Assembly (NCBI GenBank): GCA_963738345.1
Contig: CAVTWI010000002.1
Coordinates: forward strand, 3,421,860 to 3,485,859
DNA: 64,000 nt
Direction of reading: 5' to 3'
Source of the DNA: Bryobacterales bacterium
Lineage (GTDB): Bacteria; Acidobacteriota; Terriglobia; Bryobacterales; Bryobacteraceae
Both the position numbers and the translations under genes were made by a program. The notes beneath the pieces were generated by a model. That model was not told the origin of the DNA and made no database searches. It saw only the letters and a list, made by a program, of their open reading frames with translations. Positions 10,463 to 19,525 of the stretch are shown piece by piece; position 1 is the stretch's first letter, and the number at the start of each line of letters is the position of its first letter.

Positions 10463-11827
10463 TTATGTTCCTGTACCCGTCATCGCTACGCTCTGAGGGC
10501 TAGCGCCACCGTCGTCGTTGAATTGAAGCGTAGCAGTTCGGGTGCCTGTGACGGTCGGCTTAAATTCGACGCTCACCTGGCAAGTCGCACCGGCACCCAG
10601 ACTGGCTCCGCAGGTATTGTCCGAAATCAGGTAATCGGTTGGGTCGGTTCCGACGATCAAGATGCCGCTGCCGTTGAAATTCACCGTAACAGTTCCATCG
10701 TTCGTCACAGTGACGGTTTTGGCCTTACTGGTGGTTCCGACTCGGTGATTGCCAAAATTCAGCCGAGAGACGGACAAGCTGATGTCGGTGGCGGATCCCG
10801 TAAGGTTCACTCTCTGCGGGCTGATGGGCGCACTATCAACAAACGTCACCTTTCCGGTCCTGGTGCCCGTGGCAGTGGGAGTAAAAGTAACGCTCGCCGT
10901 GCAGGTCTCTCCGGCTGCCAATTGTGCTGGGGGGAGCGGGCATGTATTGGTCTGAGTAAAATCGCCGGCTGTGGTAACTTTCTTGACGGTCACAGGTAGG
11001 GGAAACGAGTTTGTGGCGGTTACAGTCTTGGCGGGACTCTGGGTGCCGATGGTTTGGCGGGAGAACTTCAGGCTCGGCGGCGCGAAGGTCAAGCCCTTGC
11101 AAACCCCTGCCGTACCCGCGTTGTAGATTGCCTGTATCTGGGATTGGGACAGGGCTAGGTTGTAAGCCTGGACCTCGTCGATGACGCCGTTCCAAGTTCG
11201 GTAGTATCCAAGCGGCATGTAAATCGGGTCGGTGGCGCCAATTTCCCAATCGCTGGAAGTGTAGGAGACGGTCTTAGATTCAGAGAAGGCTCCTTCGGGT
11301 TTGCCATTTACGAAGAGCCTGAAAGTGCTTCCATCATACGTTGCCGCAACGAAGTAATAACTACCAGCCTGGAAAGTGTCCGGTGACGATATGATCTCCG
11401 ATGTGCTGCCGAAGATGAAAAGGAACTGCCCACTGATCGCGCTCCACGACAAAGCCACAGAGTCGTCTACGTCATCAATGTTCTTTTCGACGATGATACT
11501 GCCGTAGGTATCGTTGTTGGGGCCGGGACCGGCAGGCATAACCCATGCAAGCCATGTAAAGGTCTGACTGGCGAGGCCGGTAGCGTCGGGGATCTGGATA
11601 TAGCCGTGCGTCCCGAACGTAAATCCGTTCCCCACTTCGCCGGGGGCAAAAGTGACGGCTTGAACAGTCACGGGATTGTTACCGCCAATGATGTCATTCT
11701 CGTTGGTGTCGCCTGTCCACCAGCTAACCAGCCCAGGCGGTGCAGGGGTGCAGGATTGTGGCTGTGCGGTCGAGCAGCAGGAGATGAACAATAGAACTAG
11801 AAGAACTTGTAGTCGGTGTGTCGCCAT
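10463..11827 (-). CDS. secreted LamG/concanavalin-A-like lectin domain protein with two choice-of-anchor D domains
   Basis: Signal peptide MATHRLQVLLVLLFISCCSTAQPQS (start moved to internal ATG). C-terminus has TNTCPLPPAQLAAGETCTASVTF and DNTCGASLGAGATCQVSVEF repeats. Confidence 0.6.
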   Translation of the reverse strand: MATHRLQVLLVLLFISCCSTAQPQSCTPAPPGLVSWWTGDTNENDIIGGNNPVTVQAVTFAPGEVGNGFTFGTHGYIQIPDATGLASQTFTWLAWVMPAGPGPNNDTYGSIIVEKNIDDVDDSVALSWSAISGQFLFIFGSTSEIISSPDTFQAGSYYFVAATYDGSTFRLFVNGKPEGAFSESKTVSYTSSDWEIGATDPIYMPLGYYRTWNGVIDEVQAYNLALSQSQIQAIYNAGTAGVCKGLTFAPPSLKFSRQTIGTQSPAKTVTATNSFPLPVTVKKVTTAGDFTQTNTCPLPPAQLAAGETCTASVTFTPTATGTRTGKVTFVDSAPISPQRVNLTGSATDISLSVSRLNFGNHRVGTTSKAKTVTVTNDGTVTVNFNGSGILIVGTDPTDYLISDNTCGASLGAGATCQVSVEFKPTVTGTRTATLQFNDDGGASPQSVAMTGTGT

Positions 11828-11971
11828 GCACCCTCGCCGCCCACCGATTGGCCGTGCGCGCCTCTCCATTGCGGAGGTACCGGGGTGGGCGTCCCGGTTA
11901 GGCGAAATAATATCAAAATAGTCGTCATTCCCGCAACGGCTGCTATATTCAGATGCAGGACTCCACAATTT

Positions 11972-13393
11972 ATGATTCGTTTTGCGGTTCTGCTGCTAGT
12001 GGCGGGCGCGGGGATGGCTGCCCCGCCCGCTGCCCGGAATTTGCCCAAACTGAAAGTCAGCGACAATCACCGCTTCCTGGTGGACGGAACGGGCAAACCT
12101 TTCTTCTATCTGGCGGACACCGCATGGGAGATTTTTCACCGTCTGACACGGGAGGAAGCGGTGCAGTATCTGGATATCCGGGCGCGGCAGGGTTTCACGG
12201 CGATTCAGGCGGTAGCGCTGGCGGAGCACGACGGACTGCGGGTGCCGAATGCATACGGCGCGCTGCCTTTCGTGGACTACGACCCGAGCCGTCCGGCTGT
12301 GACGCCTGGGTCTAATCCGGCGCACGCTGGCGAATACGACTATTGGGACCATGTCGATTACGTCGTGGACCAGGCCAATCGCCGCGGCATCTATGTGGCA
12401 TTGCTGCCGGCGTGGGGCGGTTGGGTTACGGACCATGCGGGCGATCGGGACGACCGGGTGATCACGATGCAGAACGCCCAAAACTTCGGCGAATTCCTGG
12501 GGAAGCGGTACGGAAAGAAAGGCATCATCTGGGTGCTGGGGGGGGACCGGACGCCCAGCGGTTACGAGGAGGTTTGGCGCACGCTGGCGCGGGGCATCGC
12601 GATAGGGGCGACAGGCAAGGAAGATTATGGGGCGGTGCTGATGACGTTTCATCCGCGGGGCGCGGAGACGTCGAGCACGTGGTTTCATAACGACCCATGG
12701 CTGGCTTTCAATATGCAGCAGAACGGCCATAACACGGCCGCACTGCGGGAGGTGTGGCGCAGGATCGGCGACGACTACAAGCGCACGCCGGTGAAGCCGG
12801 TGATCGACGGCGAACCGATTTACGAGGACCATCCGATCAATTTCAACGCCAAGGCAAATGGATATTCGCTTGATGCGCATGTACGGCAGGCGATTTATTA
12901 CGATCTGTTCGCGGGGGCGTGCGGCCACACCTACGGCAATCACGCTGTCTGGCAGATGTATTCGCCGAAATATGAGCCAATCAACGGACCGCTGATGTAT
13001 TGGACCGATGCGGTGCTGCGGCCGGGCGGGTACGAAGTGGGGTATGCGCGGCGGTTGATGGAATCGCGGCCGGTGTTGGCGCGGGTGCCGGATCAATCAA
13101 TGATTGTGGACGAATTGACTGGTGCCGACCGGATCGCGGCCACGCGCGGCGATGATTATCTATTTATATATAGCGGGCAAGGGCGGCGGTTCAGCTTGAG
13201 GCTGGGACGCATCTCGGGCGTTAAGCTGGGCGGCTTTTGGTTCAACCCACGGAGTGGTACGGCGCTCCCGATCGAACCGGTGGAGAACCAGGGCACGCGG
13301 GAGTTTGTGCCGCCCAGCGAGGGATGGTCGAGCGACTGGATTCTGATGCTGGACGACACCTCGAAGGGGTATGGCGCGCCGGCTTCGAAGTAA
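11972..13393 (+). CDS. DUF4038 / GH140-like glycoside hydrolase (TIM barrel) with C-terminal collagen-binding-like beta-sandwich
   Basis: Signal peptide MIRFAVLLLVAGAGMA; N-terminal block DNHRFLVDGTGKPFFYLADTAWEIFHRLTREEAVQYLDIRARQGFTAIQ resembles the DUF4038 family to which GH140 apiosidases belong (from memory). Confidence 0.5.
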   Translation: MIRFAVLLLVAGAGMAAPPAARNLPKLKVSDNHRFLVDGTGKPFFYLADTAWEIFHRLTREEAVQYLDIRARQGFTAIQAVALAEHDGLRVPNAYGALPFVDYDPSRPAVTPGSNPAHAGEYDYWDHVDYVVDQANRRGIYVALLPAWGGWVTDHAGDRDDRVITMQNAQNFGEFLGKRYGKKGIIWVLGGDRTPSGYEEVWRTLARGIAIGATGKEDYGAVLMTFHPRGAETSSTWFHNDPWLAFNMQQNGHNTAALREVWRRIGDDYKRTPVKPVIDGEPIYEDHPINFNAKANGYSLDAHVRQAIYYDLFAGACGHTYGNHAVWQMYSPKYEPINGPLMYWTDAVLRPGGYEVGYARRLMESRPVLARVPDQSMIVDELTGADRIAATRGDDYLFIYSGQGRRFSLRLGRISGVKLGGFWFNPRSGTALPIEPVENQGTREFVPPSEGWSSDWILMLDDTSKGYGAPASK

Positions 13394-13401
13394 TGGCGCC
13401 G

Positions 13402-13623
13402 TCAGGCTGACTTCTTTTGCTGGGCTTTCTTTTGGCGGCGAGGCAGGCGATGCTTGTCTTTCTTAACCAGTTTGGGGACTTTCGTGGACTTCGTGTTTGG
13501 CTTGGCTTCGTCCGCGACGCCCACCAGTGAGGCGACTTTACCGGCAACGGAGCCGATGGCCTTGGCGGCGGTGACTAATACACTGCTTTCAGCTTCTGGA
13601 GGGGCGACGGGTTTCTTAGGCAT
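13402..13623 (-). CDS. small lysine-rich basic protein (histone H1-like tail)
   Basis: MPKKPVAPPEAESSVLVTAAKAIGSVAGKVASLVGVADEAKPNTKSTKVPKLVKKDKHRLPRRQKKAQQKKSA; AKK/KK-rich C-terminus. Confidence 0.35.
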   Translation of the reverse strand: MPKKPVAPPEAESSVLVTAAKAIGSVAGKVASLVGVADEAKPNTKSTKVPKLVKKDKHRLPRRQKKAQQKKSA

Positions 13624-13653
13624 TTTGTTAAAGACTCTCACTATTATAGGCAG

Positions 13654-14205
13654 ATGTTTGAAGATATAGTTACCGAGCGGCTGATACTGCGTGACCTGCG
13701 GGCCGGGGACGCGGAGTTCCTGGTGCAGTACCGAGCGGCCCCCGAGGTGGCCCGGTATCAATCGTGGCAGCCGGAGTCGGTAGCGAAGTTGCTAGTGTTC
13801 TTCGAGGAATTGCGTGGCGCGGACCCCGACGCCGCGCGGGGCTGGTATCAGATCGCCATCGGGCTGCGCCCCGGCGGCGAGCTGATCGGCGATTGTGGCA
13901 TCCACACTTTCGAGGACCGCCGTCTGGCGGAAATCGGAATCACGGTGGCGCCCCGATTTCAACGACGCGGCTATGCGTCCGAAGCGCTGAGAGCACTGAT
14001 GGGCTACTTGTTTGGGACTCTGGGGAAGCATCGTGTGTCGGCTTCGGTGGATCCCCGCAATGCGGAGTCGATGAGGCTCATGCAACGGGTGGGCTTCCGG
14101 CAGGAAGGCCGGCTGATTGAGAGCCAGTGGTGTCGTGGGGAATGGGCGGATGAGGTGACCTTCGCCATGCTCGCGCGCGAGTGGGAGTTGCGGCAGAGAT
14201 CCTGA
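13654..14205 (+). CDS. GNAT family N-acetyltransferase (RimJ/RimL-like)
   Basis: TERLILRDLRAGDAEFLVQY...EIGITVAPRFQRRGYASEALRALMGYLF; acetyl-CoA binding motif QRRGYA. Confidence 0.8.
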   Translation: MFEDIVTERLILRDLRAGDAEFLVQYRAAPEVARYQSWQPESVAKLLVFFEELRGADPDAARGWYQIAIGLRPGGELIGDCGIHTFEDRRLAEIGITVAPRFQRRGYASEALRALMGYLFGTLGKHRVSASVDPRNAESMRLMQRVGFRQEGRLIESQWCRGEWADEVTFAMLAREWELRQRS

Positions 14206-14217
14206 TACGATCAACTC

Positions 14218-16431
14218 GTGCTCACGAAAATCGCTTTCTTGTTGCTGATGTTATGCGCCGCGACGGTGGTTTCGGTCAGGCTGCGGGCGCAGGGAACACC
14301 ACCTTATAAAGACGCATCGCGGGGCGTTGAAGACCGCGTCAAGGATCTGCTGGCGCGCATGACGGCGGAGGAAAAGGCGGCCATGCTGGCGGGATCCGGA
14401 TGGATGGAGAGCCAGCCGAATGCGCGGCTGGGGATTCCGACGATCAAGATGGCGGATGGTCCGCTGGGTGTGCGCAACTGGCGGGGGGCATCGGCAGTGA
14501 CCAATGCAGCGTCAACGGTGCAGGTGACATCGACGGCGTTTCCGTCCGGCATCGGGATGGCGTCCAGTTGGAACCCGGAACTGGTGGCGCGCGGCGCGCG
14601 TGTGGTGGCGCAAGAGGTGATGGCGATGGGGCGCGATATGATTCTGGGGCCGACGGTAAACATCAACCGCATTCCGCTGTGGGGCCGCAACTTCGAGGGG
14701 TACGGGGAAGATCCGTACCTGGCGGCGCGCATGGGCGTGGCGTACATCAAGGCAGTGCAGGCGGAAGGGGTGATTCCGTCTGTAAAACATTTCGCGGCTA
14801 ATAACGAGGAGTACGAGCGGCACCGGATCGACGAAACCATCGACGAACGGACGCTGCACGAGATCTACTTTCCGGCTTTTAAGGCGGCGGTTCAGGAAGC
14901 GGGCGTGTGGGCAGTGATGTCGGCATACAACAAGGTGAACGGGTTGTGGTGCGCGGAGAATCCATACCTGCTGACGGACACGCTGCGCAAGCGCTGGGGG
15001 TTTCGCGGTTTCGTGATTTCCGATTGGGGAAGCACGTATAGCACGGCGGCTACGATTGCCGCGGGCATGGACTTGGAAATGCCAGGTGGAGAAGCCATGC
15101 GGCGATGGGCTGATAAGCCGGAGACCAAGCGTGACGGCAACGGCTCGGGCTGGCTCACGGCGGACAAAGTGATAGCGGAGGTAGCGGCAGGCCGGTTGGC
15201 GCAGCAGGCGGTGGACGAGGCGGTGCGGCGGATCCTGCGGGTGATGTTCACGGCCGGCCTGTTCGACCACACGCACGAGGCGGGCGGTGAGGTGGATAGC
15301 GCGGAGCAGCGGCAGGTGGCGCGGGAAGCAGCCAACCAGAGCATCGTGCTGTTGAAGAATGCTGGGGGGGTGCTGCCGTTGAGCGCGGAGCGGATGCGCA
15401 AAATCGCAGTGATTGGGCCGAATGCGGCGGTGGCGCGTACGGGCGGTGGCGGCAGTTCGCTGGTGCGTCCGAAATATGCGGTTACGGCGCTCGATGGAAT
15501 TCGGGAAGCGGCGGGACCGCGGGCAGACGTAGTGCATGCGTTAGGCGCGCTGATGGAAGGCGAGGAGGCGACCGGCAAGACGCCGGGGGAGATGCGCGAG
15601 GAAGCGGCGGCGGTGGCCCGGCATTCCGATGTGGCGCTGGTGGTAGTGGGCTACGCGCCGAAACTGGAAGGCGAGGGATTCGACCGCAAATCCATGGATC
15701 TTCCGGCTGGGCAGGACGAGTTGATCGAGGCGATCGCGGCCGCCAACAAGAGCACCGTGGTGGTGGTGATGGCGGGCGGGCCGGTGACCATGACGCGGTG
15801 GATCGATAAGGTAGCGGGCGTAGTTTATGCGTGGTATGGCGGGCAGGAGGCGGGGCACGCGATTGGGGACGTGCTGTTTGGACTGGTGAACCCGTCGGGC
15901 AAATTGCCAGTGACTTTTCCCAAGGCTCTACAGGATTCTCCGGCTTATGGCCACTATCCAGGCGAGAACCTGCACGTGGAATACGCGGAGGGGATTTATG
16001 TGGGTTATCGCGGATTCGACAAACATAATGTGGAGCCGCTGTTTCCTTTCGGGTACGGACTGTCGTACACCACATTCGAATACAGCGGATTGAGAGTATC
16101 GGCGGGCAAGGTCGCGGCGGGTAAGACGGTGGAGGTGACGGTGAGCGTACGCAACAGCGGGAAGCGCGCCGGCGCTGAAGTGGTCGAGTTATATCTGCAA
16201 CCTCCGGCCGCGCCGGTGGACCGTCCGGTAAAGGAGTTGAAGGGATTCGGAAAGGTGACTCTACAGCCGGGCGAAAGCAAGACGGTTTCGTTCACGCTGG
16301 ACCGGGCAGCGATGTCTTATTACGACACCGGGACGCACGATTGGGTAGCAGAGCCGGGGACTTTCGCGGTGCTGGTGGGCGCATCCTCACGAGATATACG
16401 GGCACGCGGGGTATTTGAGTTGGTAAGGTAA
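14218..16431 (+). CDS. glycoside hydrolase family 3 beta-glucosidase (BglX-like), secreted
   Basis: GH3 N-terminal domain with catalytic-nucleophile motif GFRGFVISDWGS, GH3 C-terminal domain and fibronectin-III-like tail; signal peptide. Confidence 0.85.
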   Translation: MLTKIAFLLLMLCAATVVSVRLRAQGTPPYKDASRGVEDRVKDLLARMTAEEKAAMLAGSGWMESQPNARLGIPTIKMADGPLGVRNWRGASAVTNAASTVQVTSTAFPSGIGMASSWNPELVARGARVVAQEVMAMGRDMILGPTVNINRIPLWGRNFEGYGEDPYLAARMGVAYIKAVQAEGVIPSVKHFAANNEEYERHRIDETIDERTLHEIYFPAFKAAVQEAGVWAVMSAYNKVNGLWCAENPYLLTDTLRKRWGFRGFVISDWGSTYSTAATIAAGMDLEMPGGEAMRRWADKPETKRDGNGSGWLTADKVIAEVAAGRLAQQAVDEAVRRILRVMFTAGLFDHTHEAGGEVDSAEQRQVAREAANQSIVLLKNAGGVLPLSAERMRKIAVIGPNAAVARTGGGGSSLVRPKYAVTALDGIREAAGPRADVVHALGALMEGEEATGKTPGEMREEAAAVARHSDVALVVVGYAPKLEGEGFDRKSMDLPAGQDELIEAIAAANKSTVVVVMAGGPVTMTRWIDKVAGVVYAWYGGQEAGHAIGDVLFGLVNPSGKLPVTFPKALQDSPAYGHYPGENLHVEYAEGIYVGYRGFDKHNVEPLFPFGYGLSYTTFEYSGLRVSAGKVAAGKTVEVTVSVRNSGKRAGAEVVELYLQPPAAPVDRPVKELKGFGKVTLQPGESKTVSFTLDRAAMSYYDTGTHDWVAEPGTFAVLVGASSRDIRARGVFELVR

Positions 16432-16477
16432 CAATCGTTGCGAGATGTCCGGCGGAAACGGGCGCATAATTGAGTAA

Positions 16478-17617
16478 ATGCCAGGAGGCGCTATGGGTAG
16501 CCGAGGGAGCGGATGCGCGGGGTGGATACTGGCCGCGGCGGTAGCGGCTTACGGACAGAGTCCGGGGCAATCGGTCATCAATAAGAGTGCGGAACGGGTG
16601 GTATTCTTCACCGGAAGTGTGATGCTGGACGATGGCTCGCCGCCGGCGGACGCGGTGCGCATTGAGCGGGTCTGCGCGGGCGTGGCCACCTTCGAAGCCT
16701 GGACCGACGAAAAGGGGCACTTCGGGTTCAAGGTATCGCCGGGGGGGGAGGATTCGGCGTCGGGCGATGCCAGCCTGGGAGCATCGCAGCGCGGGGAGAT
16801 GAACAAGGCGATCAACGCCAGTTCCACACAGTATTCGCGCCCCATCACCAGCACGCTGAAAGGGTGCGAACTACGGGCCGTACTTTCCGGCTTCCGTTCG
16901 GAGAGCGTGGCCATTTCGCTGAAGAGCACCATGGACGATGCGCGGGTGGGAACGATTCTGCTGCATCCGCTGTCGCGCGCGAGTTCGCTGGTGATCAGCG
17001 CCACCACGCTGCTGGCTCCTGCGAATGCACGCAAGGCCTACGAGAGAGGCTTGGAGGCGGCGCGCGCAGGGAAAGAGGAAGCGGCGGCGGGAGAATTCGG
17101 GAAGGCGGTGAAGATTTATCCCAAGTTCGCCGTGGCCTGGTATCAACTGGGACTGGTACGCGAGCACGGCGACGATCTGGCGGGCGCGATCGAGGCTTGG
17201 AAGGAAGCACTGAAGAGCGATACGCGGTATGTGAAGCCGATCGAAAGCCTGACGGTGACGGCGGACAGCTTGGGCAATTGGGCGGAATCGGAGAAATATT
17301 CTCGGCTATGGATACAACTCGATCCGGAAGATTTTCCGGGCGCGTACTTGTTCAGCGCGGTGGCCAATGCCCGGTTGCATAAACCCGAAGAGGCGGAACA
17401 TGCCGCGCGCGAAGGGTTGCGACTGGATAAAGACCAGAAGATTCCGCGCATGACTTATGTGCTGGGGTTGATTCTGATGGATAAGAAGGAATATGCGGAA
17501 TCGGCGCAGTGCTTCCGCAAATACCTGGAACTGGCTCCGAATGCCAGCGACGCGGGCCTGGTTCGGCAGCAATTGCCCAAGCTGGAAGAATTGGCGGGCA
17601 CGGCGAAGGCTAAGTAA
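16478..17617 (+). CDS. secreted TPR-repeat protein with N-terminal CarboxypepD_reg-like beta-sandwich
   Basis: Signal peptide; TPR-like helices (AVKIYPKFAVAWYQLGLV..., CFRKYLELAPNASDA). Confidence 0.6.
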   Translation: MPGGAMGSRGSGCAGWILAAAVAAYGQSPGQSVINKSAERVVFFTGSVMLDDGSPPADAVRIERVCAGVATFEAWTDEKGHFGFKVSPGGEDSASGDASLGASQRGEMNKAINASSTQYSRPITSTLKGCELRAVLSGFRSESVAISLKSTMDDARVGTILLHPLSRASSLVISATTLLAPANARKAYERGLEAARAGKEEAAAGEFGKAVKIYPKFAVAWYQLGLVREHGDDLAGAIEAWKEALKSDTRYVKPIESLTVTADSLGNWAESEKYSRLWIQLDPEDFPGAYLFSAVANARLHKPEEAEHAAREGLRLDKDQKIPRMTYVLGLILMDKKEYAESAQCFRKYLELAPNASDAGLVRQQLPKLEELAGTAKAK

Positions 17618-17619
17618 GG

Positions 17620-18198
17620 CTACTTCACGGCCAGCCGGAAATCCACGGTGACGATTAAGGCATCGGGCGTCACCTCGATGCGGGGCACGCTGAAATCGAG
17701 CACTTCCTGCTTGTAAACGGCTTGGGGAGCGGTTTGTTCCAGCAGGCGCTTGGCCTGGTCCGCGACACGATATTCGAATTGTTTGCGCAGGCTGTCACCT
17801 AGGGCCGCACAGACGCGCCTGACGTAATAGCCGGTAGCGTTTGATTCCACTTTGACGTCTTTCAGCGCAATCGACTGATTGTGATAGTAAGGCGCGGCGG
17901 TGATGACTACGTCGAAGGAATCGCCCACGCCGATGCAGCGGCCGAAGACGCCGACCGCGGAGCGTCCGGTGAAATGCGCTTTCAAACTGAGACGGCCGTT
18001 GACGCCGCGCAGTTCGGGGTGCTCAAGGTAGGCAAAGCTGCACTTGGCGGCGGGGGTTCCGCGCACATAGCGGCGGCCTTCCTGGGTGAAGACTTCCTGC
18101 GCCAGAATCTTCTGTATGGCGGTGTAATGAATCTCGAGGTCCGCGGCGCGCGCGGCGGCGAGGCAGAAGAACAGGAGGGCTAACGCTCGTAAGGGCAA
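17620..18198 (-). CDS. hypothetical secreted protein
   Basis: Signal peptide MPLRALALLFFCLAAARA; TTATAAT 7 nt upstream of the start within a 36-nt intergenic gap. Confidence 0.5.
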   Translation of the reverse strand: MPLRALALLFFCLAAARAADLEIHYTAIQKILAQEVFTQEGRRYVRGTPAAKCSFAYLEHPELRGVNGRLSLKAHFTGRSAVGVFGRCIGVGDSFDVVITAAPYYHNQSIALKDVKVESNATGYYVRRVCAALGDSLRKQFEYRVADQAKRLLEQTAPQAVYKQEVLDFSVPRIEVTPDALIVTVDFRLAVK

Positions 18199-18234
18199 CG
18201 GGCTGATTATAACTTCAGGCGCGTAAGCGGCCCG

Positions 18235-19515
18235 CTAGATTATCCACTCATAGGCCGTGCCGAATCCCATTCCGGCCTGCGAGGTGACTCCGAAAAGCAC
18301 GTCGCCGCGACCGAATACTACACCGCCCGATGGGGTGGCGCCGTCGGCCAAGCCGGTGAAGCTGTAGATGACGGATTCGGTCCACGATCCGCCCGGTTGC
18401 GAGGGGGGGGCCAGTTTGAAGATGGTGCCCACGTCGGCGGGGCCGCCGAATTGCGTGGTCCCCACCAGAACGCCTCTTTCGTATAGGAGCGCGAGTGGAG
18501 TGCGGCCGTCGCCGTTATGCGGTCCCGTGAAATTGTATAAGTCGGTTTCAGTCCACGCGCCACCGGGGGACGCAGGCGGAGTCAGTTCGAACACTCCGCC
18601 GCATTCGCCGTAACATGGCGCGGCGGTGACGGTACCTTCAAAGGTGGTGCCATAGAGCGCGCCGTTGGCGCCGGGGACGAGCAGGCCGTTGGGGCTGAAG
18701 ATTGCGGGACTCTGGCCGGGGAAGTTGTGGAGGATGGTCTCGGTCCAGGCGGTGCTGCCGGCAGACGGCGGTGATAGTTCAAAAACGGTGCCGCCGTTGG
18801 ACGCGCCGCCGCCCTCCGTGGTGCCGTAAAGTGCGCCGTTGATGGCGATCACGCCATTGGGCTCGACTCCGTCGCCGTTACCGTGAAAACTGTGCAGCAC
18901 GGTTTCGGTCCACGCCCCACCCGGGGAGGAAGGCGGTCTCAGACTGAATACGGTGCCTCCCGTTCCGGCAGGCCCCAACTGACCGCCGGTCGAGCCGTAA
19001 AGGACCCCGTGGGCGCCAAATACCAGCTTAGAAAGACGGAGGAAACCGTCGCCCTTCTGAACGCCGAATTCATGCAGAACGGTCTCGGTCCATGCGCCGC
19101 CCGGGGTTGAGGGGGGGGTGAGCGAGAAAGCGGTCCCGCATCCTAACTGACAGGGACCCGCGCCGCCATTGGACGTCGTGCCGTAGAGGACGCCGTTACT
19201 ATCGCGGATGAGTCCGGCGGTGGGATTGCGGCCATCGCCGTTCTGCCCGGTGAAGCTGTATAGCACGGTCTCGGTCCAGGGGGCGCCAGGGGTTGACGGC
19301 GGGGTCAGTTGGAAGACGGTGCCGTACTGGTTAGTGCCGCCCACATCGGTGGTTCCGTAGAGCACGCCGCCGGGGCCCATGAGGAGGGTGCACTGCGGTC
19401 CTGCGCCATCGCCGTTTTGGCTGGTGAAGGTATAGATGGGATTTAGTGATTGGGCGGCGATGTAATGGGGGAGGAATAGCAAGGTGGAGGATAAGACAGC
19501 GGCCTTTAGGTGCAT
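18235..19515 (-). CDS. choice-of-anchor tandem repeat GloVer-containing protein (second paralog)
   Basis: Repeats GTVFQLTPPSTPGAPWTETVLYSFTG / GTVFSLRPPSSPGGAWTETVLHSF; signal peptide MHLKAAVLSSTLLFLPHYIAAQS (internal ATG start). Confidence 0.7.
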   Translation of the reverse strand: MHLKAAVLSSTLLFLPHYIAAQSLNPIYTFTSQNGDGAGPQCTLLMGPGGVLYGTTDVGGTNQYGTVFQLTPPSTPGAPWTETVLYSFTGQNGDGRNPTAGLIRDSNGVLYGTTSNGGAGPCQLGCGTAFSLTPPSTPGGAWTETVLHEFGVQKGDGFLRLSKLVFGAHGVLYGSTGGQLGPAGTGGTVFSLRPPSSPGGAWTETVLHSFHGNGDGVEPNGVIAINGALYGTTEGGGASNGGTVFELSPPSAGSTAWTETILHNFPGQSPAIFSPNGLLVPGANGALYGTTFEGTVTAAPCYGECGGVFELTPPASPGGAWTETDLYNFTGPHNGDGRTPLALLYERGVLVGTTQFGGPADVGTIFKLAPPSQPGGSWTESVIYSFTGLADGATPSGGVVFGRGDVLFGVTSQAGMGFGTAYEWII

Positions 19516-19525
19516 GGCTGCGATT

